A stretch of DNA of 64,000 bases from an uncultured Actinomycetes bacterium (GTDB lineage Bacteria; Actinomycetota; Thermoleophilia; UBA2241). A program made the position numbers and the translations under genes. The stretch is from the NCBI GenBank assembly GCA_963709345.1, contig CAVPVX010000002.1, positions 96,001 through 160,000 on the forward strand, in the 5' to 3' direction. Shown one piece after another: positions 39,876-49,723 of this stretch. The notes under the pieces were generated by a model, which worked only from the letters and a program-made list of their open reading frames with translations, did not search any database and had not been told where the DNA came from. Positions within the stretch are counted from its first letter, which is position 1; each line of letters opens with the position of its first letter.

Positions 39876-42710
39876 TCAATTCGCTGCCTGCTTTTTCACG
39901 ACGGCGCGCGCACCGGTGCGCGCCGTCTCAGTGATCCGGACCTTGCGCCGCTTGCCGAGATGCTGGCGGCCGCCCTCCACGATGACCATGTAGCCGTCAA
40001 CGTACCCGACCGCGTCGCGAGGACTGTAGGTGAGGCTGAACTCGAGCTCCACAGTGACTTCCTGACCCTCCCTGACGGGGATCCGCTGCTCCTGCACGTG
40101 TTCCACGCTGCCCTCGGCGATGACGCGGTACGACTCGACGGAGAGCGTGGTGCCGCCTTCGAGGAAGACGCGGCGCCCGATCTGCTTCTCGAGGCGCTTG
40201 AGGCGTGCTCCGCTGAGTCGCTCGGCCACTCCGCCGCTCACCTCGATCAGCCACGCCTTCGCCTGCGACTTACGCGCCAGGGCGCGGACCTTGCGCTCCA
40301 CGTTGAGCGCCATCGTCTCGTCGCTCAGAACGCGGGCCTTACCCGAGCAGACAGGACAGGCGCGGGTCATGATGCCCCTCGCGCCGTCGGTCGTGTTCTG
40401 GCGCGTCATCTCGATGAGGCCGAGCGGCGAGAGCTCGACCACGTAGGTCTTGGTGCGGTCCATCTCCAGCTCGGCCTCGAGCGTCGCCAGCACCATCTCG
40501 CGGTTCTTGGCGTGTGCCATGTCGATCGCGTCGATGATGATGATCCCACCGATGTCGCGCAGCCGCAGTTGGCGCACGACTTCGCGAGCCGCCTCGAGAT
40601 TCGTCTTGGTGATCGTGTCCTCGAGTCCTTTGCCGCGAGTGAAGCGCCCGGTGTTGACGTCGATCACCGTCAGGGCCTCGGCGTGATCGATCACGAGGTT
40701 GCCGCCGCTCGGCAACGGCACGCGGCGTTCGAGAGCCTGGGCGATCTGCACGTCGACGCCGTAGGCCTCGAAGAGCGGCTCGCTCCCCGTGTGCAGACGC
40801 ACCTTGGGCAGCAGCTCCGGGGCCTCCTTGTCGAGGAACGACAGGATGGCCTTGTGGCGCTTGGCGTCGTCGACGATCAGACTCTCGCAGGTGTCGTTGA
40901 AGAGGTCGCGCGTGACCTCGAGCGAGACGTCGACCTCTTTGTGCACCAGGCCCGGCGCCTTGACGGTCTCGGCCTTCTTCTTGAGGCGCGACCACAGCCG
41001 CGAGAGGTAGCGCATGTCGCGCCGCAGGTCCTCGAGGCCGTGTCCCTCGGCGATGGTCCGCACGATCAGGCCGGCGTTCTTCGGCTTGAGCTCCTTGGAG
41101 ATGTCGCGCAGGCGCTCCCGCTCGCTCTGGCGCAGGCGACGCGACACGCCCACGCCGCTCCCACCCGGCACGTAGACGAGGTAGCGTCCCGCCAGCGAGA
41201 TCTTGGTGCTCAGCCGGGCGCCCTTGTGACCCATGGGATCCTTGGTGACCTGGACGAGCACCTGCTGACCGTTCTTGAGCGCATCACCGATGCGGCGGGC
41301 GCGCTTCTCGCCCTCGGGCGTCGTCACCTCGTCGACGTAGAGGAACCCGTTCTTCTCGAGGCCGAAGTCGACGAACGCCGCGTCGATACCGTTCATCACG
41401 TTCTCGACCTTGCCCTGGTAGATGTCGCCCAGGTACGACTTCCTGTCGGGGCGCTCTATGTAGATCTCCGCCAGCCGGCCATCCTCGACCAGCGCCACCC
41501 GGAGCTCTTCTCCGTCGTCCGTCACGAGGATGATCTTCCGCTCCGGCTTCTCGGCGACGACGTCCGACCGCCGGCGCCCGAGCTCGACGGGGCCGTCGCT
41601 ACCGAAGCCGCTGCCCTCGTCCTGACGGACGATGGCCTTGGGACGGCGGTGATCGCGACGCCGCGATTTCGCCTCGTCGCCGGAGGGCGAGGGCTTCTTC
41701 CTGCCGCCGTCCGGCTTGTCGCTCGCTGCGGCCGCGTCGCCGGCGGCCGGCGCCGTCGCCTCCGCGCCGACGACTGCGGGCTCACGCCGGCCGCGGCCAC
41801 TGCGCCCTCCTCGGCGCCGGCGCGTCGCCGAGCTCTCGCCCTCGCGGGCGGCGTCCGCCTGATCCCCGCCGACGCCGTCGCCGGGCGTCTCCACGATCTC
41901 CGCCGCCTCATCGCCCTTCGCCGGCTCACCGGCGGCCTCTTCGGCCTCCCGGGTGACCTCTTCGTGCTGGATCTCCACTTCCTTCTTCCGGCGACGACCT
42001 CCGCGGCTACCACGCCGCCGGCGCTTCGCCGGCGACTCCCCGCCGGCTGCGGACACGACGGCGCCCCCAGCTGCGGCGCCTTCGGCAGCGGTCGCCTCAG
42101 CGTCCCCCTTTCGAGACACCGCGTCTCCGGTCTCTGTCTTGCGACCTCTCTCAGGCGGGACCTGCCCTGCGACGGCTGCGGCGTCAGCACCGGCGGGCAT
42201 CGTCTCGCGCGGCGCGGAGCCGCCGGCCTCCGGCTCGGCGATCACGCTCCGCGACCGGGGGCGCGAGCGCGCCCGGCGGCTGCGCCTGACCGGCGCTTCC
42301 TTCTGCTCCCCCGTTGCGCGGTCGTCGCCGGCCGGCGACGCCGGCGCGGGCGCCGCGGGCGTGGTGACTGCCGGAGCACCGGCGGTCCGACCTCCGCCTG
42401 CGGCCCCGACCGGGATCAGGGGCGCGGTCGGCAGAGCATCCAGCGCGCCCCTCGCATCCTTCCGGGCTGAACCGTCCTCACCCGTCGGGGCAGGGGTCGA
42501 CGAGGCGGCCTCCCGCTCCGCGGACACGGCGCCGGCGGCCGGCCGCTTGTGGCGCCGGCCTCCGCGCGTACCCCTCCGCCGTCGCGCCGCCGGCGCCGAG
42601 CTTCCCGCCGCCGCGTCGCCGACGGACGAGCTCGTCGGCGCTTCGGATGCGGTCTTGTCTGTGGAGGCGGCCTTCGGCTTCTCGCCGCCGTCGTTCTCCG
42701 CTCTGGTCAC
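39876..42710 (-). CDS. rne: Ribonuclease E/G family with long disordered N-terminus and C-terminal TRAM-like domain
   Basis: S1 domain (GDIYQGKV, AAFVDFG), KDPMGHKGARL, IDVNTG, LRLRDIGGIIIID and CPVC zinc link. GTG start overlaps the upstream stop. Confidence 0.93.
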   Translation of the reverse strand: MTRAENDGGEKPKAASTDKTASEAPTSSSVGDAAAGSSAPAARRRRGTRGGRRHKRPAAGAVSAEREAASSTPAPTGEDGSARKDARGALDALPTAPLIPVGAAGGGRTAGAPAVTTPAAPAPASPAGDDRATGEQKEAPVRRSRRARSRPRSRSVIAEPEAGGSAPRETMPAGADAAAVAGQVPPERGRKTETGDAVSRKGDAEATAAEGAAAGGAVVSAAGGESPAKRRRRGSRGGRRRKKEVEIQHEEVTREAEEAAGEPAKGDEAAEIVETPGDGVGGDQADAAREGESSATRRRRGGRSGRGRREPAVVGAEATAPAAGDAAAASDKPDGGRKKPSPSGDEAKSRRRDHRRPKAIVRQDEGSGFGSDGPVELGRRRSDVVAEKPERKIILVTDDGEELRVALVEDGRLAEIYIERPDRKSYLGDIYQGKVENVMNGIDAAFVDFGLEKNGFLYVDEVTTPEGEKRARRIGDALKNGQQVLVQVTKDPMGHKGARLSTKISLAGRYLVYVPGGSGVGVSRRLRQSERERLRDISKELKPKNAGLIVRTIAEGHGLEDLRRDMRYLSRLWSRLKKKAETVKAPGLVHKEVDVSLEVTRDLFNDTCESLIVDDAKRHKAILSFLDKEAPELLPKVRLHTGSEPLFEAYGVDVQIAQALERRVPLPSGGNLVIDHAEALTVIDVNTGRFTRGKGLEDTITKTNLEAAREVVRQLRLRDIGGIIIIDAIDMAHAKNREMVLATLEAELEMDRTKTYVVELSPLGLIEMTRQNTTDGARGIMTRACPVCSGKARVLSDETMALNVERKVRALARKSQAKAWLIEVSGGVAERLSGARLKRLEKQIGRRVFLEGGTTLSVESYRVIAEGSVEHVQEQRIPVREGQEVTVELEFSLTYSPRDAVGYVDGYMVIVEGGRQHLGKRRKVRITETARTGARAVVKKQAAN

Positions 42711-43396
42711 GAAGACACACTCCTTCCATCTCCAGCGCCGTGCGCCGGAGGCATCTCGTCCCAAACGATGCGACGGCGCTCCAGGCCACACATCGCCGGT
42801 TCGACCTCCGCCCAGCGGGCGATCAGGTCGACGAATTCCTGTGGACGAGCGGCGCCGTCGGCCCGATAGGCGATGGTGAACCCCAAACGGGCTCCATCGG
42901 CGACGGGGTCGACGGTGATGTCGCTCACATACTCCTTCAGATCCAGGCGTCTCTCGCCCTTGGGCGAGACACGCACGCAGATCGCGTGATCCTCATTGCC
43001 GTAGCGTTCGACGGCAGCCTGCAAGGCGCCTGCGTCCCCGGTGATCACACAGGCGTACTCGGCAGCCTTCGGCTGCGGCCTGGGATGGCGCTCGCCGACG
43101 CCCTCCAGGCACTCGACGACGACGCCGGGCGGACTCGCGGCGCGTAGGGCACGCAGCGTCTCGGACGTCAGCCGCACCTCGTCGGGCACTTCGACGACGG
43201 CCAACTCCCGCAGGCCGGCCGCGCCCACGGGCAGCGGCAACGGCAGCGAGATCCGCGGCTTCGGGCGCATGCCTTGCGACAGGGCGATGGGTACGCCGGC
43301 GCGCGCAAAGGTGCGTTGCACGACGCGCGCCGTGTCGAGATGCGAGAGATACCGCGCGGATCCGCCGCGGGAGAAGGTGACGAGCCACCAGCTCAT
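42707..43396 (-). CDS. Radical SAM-linked protein (TIGR03936/DUF2344-like)
   Basis: RYLSHLD...RTFARAGVPIALSQG..PKPRIS..LPLPVG; adjacent to its radical SAM partner. Confidence 0.87.
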   Translation of the reverse strand: MSWWLVTFSRGGSARYLSHLDTARVVQRTFARAGVPIALSQGMRPKPRISLPLPLPVGAAGLRELAVVEVPDEVRLTSETLRALRAASPPGVVVECLEGVGERHPRPQPKAAEYACVITGDAGALQAAVERYGNEDHAICVRVSPKGERRLDLKEYVSDITVDPVADGARLGFTIAYRADGAARPQEFVDLIARWAEVEPAMCGLERRRIVWDEMPPAHGAGDGRSVSS

Positions 43397-45159
43397 CCCA
43401 GCACCTCCATCGCGATACCGCCGCCGCAGACGCCGCACGCGACGCACTCCCCGTCGCGGCAGTCGGGCGTCAACTCGCCCTCGCGACCGCGCGCCAGCTC
43501 GCCGGCGAGGAACGACTCCGTCAGGCCCGCGTCCACCGCGGTCGCCCACGAGGCGGCGCCGTCGAATGCGCCGAGCGCGACGCCGGACGCCGCTGCGGCT
43601 GCTTCCCAACGCCGCGGATCGAACCACTCGCTCCAGCCGTCGAAGCGCGCCCCGAGCCTCCAGGCCGCCTCGACGAGCCGGTCGCTGCCGGGACCGCCAC
43701 GAGCAAGGGACGCCTCCACCGTCGAGGCCCCTACGTCGTGGAACGAGGTGCGCACACCCCGCGGCATGAGCTCGCGCAGCAGGGACTGGCGATGCCGCAG
43801 CGTCTCGGCTCCGGCAAAGGGCTCCAACTCGTACGGCGTGTGCGGCTTGGGGATGTATGAGGAAACGGAGACGGACAGCCGGGCGCGGCCGCGCGCGATC
43901 TCCCTGGCGAGGCGAGCGGCCGTCGCGGTCATGCGGGCGATCCCGCGCACGTCGTCGTCGGTCTCGCCCGGCAGCCCGATCATGAAGTACAGCTTGAGTC
44001 CGGTGAACCCGCCGGCGAACGTCGCCCTCACCGCGTCTTCGAACTGCGTCTCGTCCACGCCCTTGTTGATCGCGTCGCGCAGCTGCTGCGTGCCGGCTTC
44101 GGGGGCGAGCGTGACGGAACCGCGCTGGTCGGCGGCGAAACGCGACAGACTGTCGGCCGCGGAGTCGATACGCAGCGAGGGGAGCGACACGCGCAGGCCG
44201 GGGCGCAGCGCCCTGATGCGCCTCAGCGCGTCCTCGACCCCGCTGTAGTCGCAGGAGCTGAGCGAGAGCAGCGAGACCTCGTCGCAGCCGGTCTCGTCGA
44301 GCAGCCGGTCGGCAGCGTCCACGACGAGTTCGACCGGCCGCTCCCGGACCGGCCGGTACCACATGCCGGCCTGGCAGAAGCGGCAGCCGGCAGTGCAGCC
44401 GCGCATGACCTCGACCACGGCGCGGTCGTGGACCGCCTCGAGCACGGGAACGATGGGGCGAAGCACCGGCGGGCTCGCCGAGAACCCCATGAAGATCTGG
44501 CGCTCCGCCGGTCCGCCGCCGCTCCCCGGCAGCCACACGCCGGGCACCTCGCCCAGCGCCGCAAGCCTTCCCCGCCGGTCCGGCAGACCCAGGGCGGCGA
44601 CGATCGCGTCCAGGCGATGCTCCACTTCGCCGACGAAGAAGGCGTCGAAGAACGGCGCCAGCGGCCATGGGTTCGCCGCAGCCGGTCCGCCGCCGAGCAC
44701 GATCGGGTCTCCCTCACCGCGCTCGACGGCGTGCAGCGGCACGCGCGCCAGATCGAGCATCTCGAGAACGTTCGTGTAGCACAGTTCGTGCGGAAGCGTG
44801 ATGCCCCAGAGGTCGCAGCCGGCGACCGGGGCCATCGTCTCGAGGGACCACAGCGGCACGCCGGAGGCGCGCATCAGGTCGGCCATGTCCGGCCACGGGC
44901 AATACGTCCGCTCGGCCGCGGCCGGCGTCGTGTCGTTCATCTGGCTGTAGAGGATCTGGAGAGCGGGGTTCGATACCCCGATCTCGTAGACGTCCGGGTA
45001 GGAGAGGACGACACGGGGACGTGCTCCGGGCTTCGCACGGGTGTTGAACTCACCACCCGTGTAGCGCCCGGGGCGCGACACACGCGCCAGTAGTCTCGCT
45101 ATTTCATCCGGAGGCCAGTCTCCGCAGCGGCCCGGGGATCCGGGAGCGTGCTCGTTCAA
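43393..45159 (-). CDS. B12-binding radical SAM protein (TIGR03960-like; start uncertain)
   Basis: PGRYTGGE, YPDVYEIG, RGCTAGCRFCQAG, APEAG, KLYFMIGLPGE, PKPHTP and a C-terminal CxxxxCxxCGVC. Confidence 0.9.
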   Translation of the reverse strand: MNEHAPGSPGRCGDWPPDEIARLLARVSRPGRYTGGEFNTRAKPGARPRVVLSYPDVYEIGVSNPALQILYSQMNDTTPAAAERTYCPWPDMADLMRASGVPLWSLETMAPVAGCDLWGITLPHELCYTNVLEMLDLARVPLHAVERGEGDPIVLGGGPAAANPWPLAPFFDAFFVGEVEHRLDAIVAALGLPDRRGRLAALGEVPGVWLPGSGGGPAERQIFMGFSASPPVLRPIVPVLEAVHDRAVVEVMRGCTAGCRFCQAGMWYRPVRERPVELVVDAADRLLDETGCDEVSLLSLSSCDYSGVEDALRRIRALRPGLRVSLPSLRIDSAADSLSRFAADQRGSVTLAPEAGTQQLRDAINKGVDETQFEDAVRATFAGGFTGLKLYFMIGLPGETDDDVRGIARMTATAARLAREIARGRARLSVSVSSYIPKPHTPYELEPFAGAETLRHRQSLLRELMPRGVRTSFHDVGASTVEASLARGGPGSDRLVEAAWRLGARFDGWSEWFDPRRWEAAAAASGVALGAFDGAASWATAVDAGLTESFLAGELARGREGELTPDCRDGECVACGVCGGGIAMEVLG

Positions 45160-46024
45160 CTTGACGGTTGATCCTTTGTATGCGCGAGACGCGGAGCGGC
45201 GCTCCCGCCTCGAAGTACGCGATGGCGGCCTGGCCGAGCGCGATCGTACCCGAGAATCCGACGGCGCCCTTGACGGCCCAGCCGAATCCCGGCACGAAAT
45301 CGAGCGCCTGGCGCGCCAGCGTGCGGAGGACGAATCCCGTGCCCACGATCGAGAGGATCTCGAGCGCCCTGTCGAGGCCGAGTTCCTCGCCGTAGGCATG
45401 GGCGATCTTGAGCACCATGCGGATCTGATTGGCCGTCATCGCCGGCATGTCCGCCCCCGGGATGATGACGACGACGCCGATGACGCCGTTCTGGGCGGCG
45501 TTGGCGAGTACCACATGATCACAGTAGGCGCGGCGGATGGACGGCAGGCTCAGCGCGAGGGCGCCGGCGGCGTCCCCGGCGGCGTCGATGAGGCGATTCT
45601 CCAAGGTCGGTTTGCCGGCAGGCGTGACGCCCACCCCACGAGCGATCTCGTCGTCGAAGAACCCGGCTTCGCTGACCCACACATCCGCGTCGTGACCGGT
45701 GACGAGAGCGATGACCCTGCAGCCGGCGCGCCGGGCCGCGTGTACGACCGGCGCAGCTTCCGCGGCGGCACACCCGGCCGCGACCGCGACGACGATGTCC
45801 CACCGGCCGGCGAGCGCCGGGTCGCGCGGGAAATCCGTGGGGGCGAGCGCATCGAGCGCGGCCGAGACGCCGCTCTGCTCGTCCGCGGCGCCCACGGACA
45901 CAGCGGCGACCACGTGAGCCAACTCGGGTCCGCAGCCGACGACGCAGAGCCTCGGCGGCGTCTCCGTGCCTCGCGCGTCGGTGACGGCTTTGACGATCTT
46001 CGAGAGCTTCAGTTTACTGGCCAA
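45104..46024 (-). CDS. DUF697/YcjF-like protein
   Basis: C-terminal IIPGADMPAMTANQIRMVLKIAHAYG...VPGFGWAVKGAVGFSGTIALG; N-terminal alpha/beta region without an intact P-loop. Confidence 0.78.
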   Translation of the reverse strand: MASKLKLSKIVKAVTDARGTETPPRLCVVGCGPELAHVVAAVSVGAADEQSGVSAALDALAPTDFPRDPALAGRWDIVVAVAAGCAAAEAAPVVHAARRAGCRVIALVTGHDADVWVSEAGFFDDEIARGVGVTPAGKPTLENRLIDAAGDAAGALALSLPSIRRAYCDHVVLANAAQNGVIGVVVIIPGADMPAMTANQIRMVLKIAHAYGEELGLDRALEILSIVGTGFVLRTLARQALDFVPGFGWAVKGAVGFSGTIALGQAAIAYFEAGAPLRVSRIQRINRQVERARSRIPGPLRRLASG

Positions 46025-47162
46025 GCCGCCCCCTCGTGCCGGGAGTGATCGCCGCCCGCAGATGGATCGCCTCGAGCAGGCCGACGAAGATCAGGAACGC
46101 GATCATCGCGGTACCACCATAGCTTACGAAGGGCAGAGGGATACCGGTCACCGGCATGATACCAATCGTCATGCCGATGTTCACGAACACCTGGAACAGG
46201 ATCATGAGGGCGACGCCCCCGGCGAGGATGCTGCCGTACATGTCGCGCGCCACCACGGCGATGCGCAGAGCGCGCCAGATGAACAACGCATAGAGCACGA
46301 GCAGGACACTCGCGCCGAGAAAGCCGTTGCGCTCGCTGATCACCGCGAAGATGAAGTCGGTGTGGTGCTCGGGCAGGAAGTCGAGCGTCGTCTGCGTCGC
46401 CATGTCACCGCGTCCGGCAAGAGCCCCCGAGCCGACCGCGATCATGGACTGGATCACGTTGTAGCCGGCCACACCCGGGTCGTGCCCGGGATTGATGAAC
46501 ACGAAGAGTCGGTCGATCTGGTACTGGTGGATCAGGTTGATGCCGGCCATGGGCAGTACCTTCAAGGCGACGACGAAGGCTCCGAGACCGGTCCCCGCGA
46601 GGACGGCGAAGTGCGTCCACGACGTGCCGTAGAAGAAGAGCATCGCCAGGGTGAGCATGACCATGGCCATCGCCGACCCGAAGTCCGGCTCCTGATAGAC
46701 GAGGAGCGCCGGCAGCGCGACAAGGGCGAGGGCGACCAGCGTGATCCGCTTCGACCCGAGCATGTCCATCCGGTCGGCGAGAAAGGCGCCGATGCTCAGA
46801 GCCAGCAGGAGCAGCGCGGCGGCCGAAGGCTGGAAGCGCGTGAAGCCGAGGTCGATCCAGCGCGTCGCGCCGTTCACGACCTCGCCGAGGGGCAGCACGA
46901 GGGCGACGATCAGGACGGCGATGGCATAGAGCAGCCACTGGAAGCGCCGGTAGAGCTCGTAGTCGAGCACCGACGCCACGAGCGCCAGCACGACGCCAAC
47001 GGCCACGGCGATGAGTTGCTGGCGCACGAAGTAGAGAGGGGCGCCGGCAACATCCTCGCGCGTTGCGAAGTAGATCATCGTGATGCCGTAGGTGATCAAC
47101 CCGGCCGTCGCCAGGATCAGCAGGTAGTCGAGATGCCTCAGGTAGGAGCGCCAGTCGGGCAC
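46014..47162 (-). CDS. rodA: Rod shape-determining SEDS glycosyltransferase RodA
   Basis: GATRWI, FQPS, EPDFGSA, GYNVIQS.IAVGSG, PEHHTDFIF and TGIPLPFVSYGG motifs. Confidence 0.95.
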   Translation of the reverse strand: MPDWRSYLRHLDYLLILATAGLITYGITMIYFATREDVAGAPLYFVRQQLIAVAVGVVLALVASVLDYELYRRFQWLLYAIAVLIVALVLPLGEVVNGATRWIDLGFTRFQPSAAALLLLALSIGAFLADRMDMLGSKRITLVALALVALPALLVYQEPDFGSAMAMVMLTLAMLFFYGTSWTHFAVLAGTGLGAFVVALKVLPMAGINLIHQYQIDRLFVFINPGHDPGVAGYNVIQSMIAVGSGALAGRGDMATQTTLDFLPEHHTDFIFAVISERNGFLGASVLLVLYALFIWRALRIAVVARDMYGSILAGGVALMILFQVFVNIGMTIGIMPVTGIPLPFVSYGGTAMIAFLIFVGLLEAIHLRAAITPGTRGRLGQ

Positions 47163-47163
47163 G

Positions 47164-49191
47164 TCAGTCGCTCCTGACCGGGCCGATGACCTTGTCGCTC
47201 TTCACGTGGAAGAGGCTGTCGTAGATCATCCGAGTGGCCGGGGCGGCGACGGTGCCCCCGTGCCCCCCCTTCTCGATCATGACGACGACCACGTATTTGG
47301 GGTCGCCGGCCGGTGCGTAGCTCGCGTACCACGCGTAGTCGACGTACCGGCCGTCGTCCCAGACCTCCGCGGTGCCGGTCTTGCCGGCTACCGTCACGTC
47401 ATACCCGGCGAACACCGCCGCGGACGTGCCCGAGGACGAGTTGGCGGCCTCGTGGAGCCCACGCTGCACGAGGCCGAGGGTGCTCCCGGAGATGTCGATC
47501 TTCTTCTTCGAGCGCGGCGCCAGGTCACGCACGGTCTTCCCGGCCGCGTCGGTGATCTTGAGACCCAGATGAGGGGTCACGATCCGCCCACCGTTGGCGA
47601 TCGCCGCGTACGTGACCGCCAGCTGCAGGGGGGTCGCCTCGAGATCCCCCTGGCCAATGGCGAGGTTGATGGAGTTGCCCGGTGTCCAGACCTTGTCGAC
47701 CTCACTCTCGAAGTAGGACTGGCGCCACGCCGGGGTCGGCACGCGGCCGGCGACCTCCCCGGGGATGTCGACCCCGGTCTCCTTGCCCATGCCGAGCCGG
47801 ACGGCCCAGTCGGCCAGCTCGGTGCCCTGACGGAGGTAGAAGCGATAACCCAGGTTGTAGAAGTAGACGTCGCACGACTGCGTGAGCGCGCCGACCAGGC
47901 TCAGGCTACCGTGGCCGTCCTTGGCCCAGCACCCCCACACCGCCTCGTCCCAGGCGATCGGCGGCTTGTAGCTTCCGTCGCAGAAGAACGACTCGTAGGG
48001 GGTGACCACGCCTTCCTCGAGACCGGCGATCGCGTCGACGACCTTGAAGGTGGAACCGACGGCCTTGGCGGACTGGACGGCGCGGTTGAACAGCGGTGTG
48101 TTGCGGCGCGGGTCGCGGTACTTCTTGTAGTCTTTGACGCTGATCCCCCCCACCCACTCGCTCGGCGAGAAGCTCGGATAGCTGGCCATGCCGAGGATCT
48201 GCCCGTTGCGCGCGTCGAGCACGACGGCGGCCCCTCCGTTGGCCTCGTACTTGCCGTCCCGGTACGCCAGGCTGATGCCCTCGCGGAGAGCCCGCTCGGC
48301 GGCAGCCTGCACCTTGCCGTCGATCGTCGTGACCAGCGTATGACCCGGCTCGGGAAGGCGGCCGCCGGAAACCGGGTCGCTCTGCTTCGGCTGCCCGAAA
48401 GCGTCGACCTCGATCTTGGCGATGCCGTCACGCCCACGCAGCCACTTGTCGTAGGTCCACTCCAGCCCGGCCTGTCCCACCACGTCGCCGGCCTTGTATC
48501 CCTTGAAGTGCTGATCCTTCAGCTGCTCCCTCGAGACCTCCCCCAGATTCCCGAGTACGTGGGCGGCCAGCCGCCCCTGCGGGTAGGAACGAAGGTAGTT
48601 CTTGTGGATTTCGACGCCGGGGAAGCTGTCGGTGCGCTCGAGGAGATACGAGACGACGCGCTTGCCGACATCTTCCTTGACGACGATGAGGTCGAGGCTC
48701 ACGCCCCTGCCGGCGACGATGTTCTCCCACGTCAGCGGGATCTCAAGTGGCCAGCTCGGCCGCAGGTGGTCCTTGATCCTGGTACGGATGGCCGCCGGCC
48801 GCGTGCGCAGCACGCGGCCGAGACGAACGACCTGGGCGTCGAGTTCGCCCTCGGGCACGTCCATGAGGCGGACGCCGACCGCAAGACCCGGCCGGTTCTC
48901 GACGATGACCTCGCCGTGCCGGTCGACGATCGCGCCCCGCGGCGCGGCCACCTTCATCGAGCGCAGGCGATTGTTGTTGGCCTGCGCCTCGAACTCCTCC
49001 CCGCTCAGGATCTGCAGGAACCAGAGCCGGAAGAGCACGACGCCTAAGAGTACGGCGGCGATGCCGATGACGACCGCGACGCGCAGCGCGATGGAGGGCA
49101 GGTGGATGATCGGCTTATCTCGACGGCCGGTCCGTATGGGCCGCTCGCGGCGGCCCGGGTCGTTACCGAGCACCTGCAACACGGAGATCAC
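47164..49191 (-). CDS. mrdA: Penicillin-binding protein 2 (class B)
   Basis: TM, APRGAIVDR, GSTFK (SxxK), SCDVYFY and KTGTAE motifs. Confidence 0.94.
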   Translation of the reverse strand: MISVLQVLGNDPGRRERPIRTGRRDKPIIHLPSIALRVAVVIGIAAVLLGVVLFRLWFLQILSGEEFEAQANNNRLRSMKVAAPRGAIVDRHGEVIVENRPGLAVGVRLMDVPEGELDAQVVRLGRVLRTRPAAIRTRIKDHLRPSWPLEIPLTWENIVAGRGVSLDLIVVKEDVGKRVVSYLLERTDSFPGVEIHKNYLRSYPQGRLAAHVLGNLGEVSREQLKDQHFKGYKAGDVVGQAGLEWTYDKWLRGRDGIAKIEVDAFGQPKQSDPVSGGRLPEPGHTLVTTIDGKVQAAAERALREGISLAYRDGKYEANGGAAVVLDARNGQILGMASYPSFSPSEWVGGISVKDYKKYRDPRRNTPLFNRAVQSAKAVGSTFKVVDAIAGLEEGVVTPYESFFCDGSYKPPIAWDEAVWGCWAKDGHGSLSLVGALTQSCDVYFYNLGYRFYLRQGTELADWAVRLGMGKETGVDIPGEVAGRVPTPAWRQSYFESEVDKVWTPGNSINLAIGQGDLEATPLQLAVTYAAIANGGRIVTPHLGLKITDAAGKTVRDLAPRSKKKIDISGSTLGLVQRGLHEAANSSSGTSAAVFAGYDVTVAGKTGTAEVWDDGRYVDYAWYASYAPAGDPKYVVVVMIEKGGHGGTVAAPATRMIYDSLFHVKSDKVIGPVRSD

Positions 49192-49723
49192 CAGTTCCTC
49201 TCAGCCAGATGCGCACGACAAGGTAGAGCGGCGCGGCCAGCAGGGTGTTGAGCACGACAGATGGCGCCAGCACGCGCCCGATGAAGAAGCCCAGAGGGAC
49301 CTCGCGCGCAAGGAGGAACTGGGTCACCGCCAGCAAGACGTTCGCGAGCACGGTCGCCGCGAAGACGCTGAGCAGCGGAGCGAAGCCCGCGGTAAGGTCG
49401 GCCGTCTCTGCGTAGCGCCCGGCGAGGAATCCGACGAGGACGAACACGAAGGCGCTCAACCCGAAGGGCTCCATGAGCGCGATCGCCGTGAACATCCCCG
49501 TGAGAAAACCGAACACGGCGCCGATCTCGGAGCCCTTCACGAGCGCCACGCAGACGACGATGATGAGCGCGAAGTCGGGGTACGCGCCGAGCAGGCGCAG
49601 ATGAGGCGCCACGGTCGTCTGCAGGAGCGTCGCCACGAGCAGCGCCACAGCCAGCTTGGCGACCTCGACCCATGTCGGCCACTCGAACGCCGAGGTGTCG
49701 GAGACGGTTCGGGTCAGCCTCAT
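49163..49723 (-). CDS. mreD: Rod shape-determining protein MreD
   Basis: Multi-TM protein with PDFALII and GAVFGFLTG; lies between mreC and mrdA. Confidence 0.88.
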   Translation of the reverse strand: MRLTRTVSDTSAFEWPTWVEVAKLAVALLVATLLQTTVAPHLRLLGAYPDFALIIVVCVALVKGSEIGAVFGFLTGMFTAIALMEPFGLSAFVFVLVGFLAGRYAETADLTAGFAPLLSVFAATVLANVLLAVTQFLLAREVPLGFFIGRVLAPSVVLNTLLAAPLYLVVRIWLRGTGDLRVAGAR

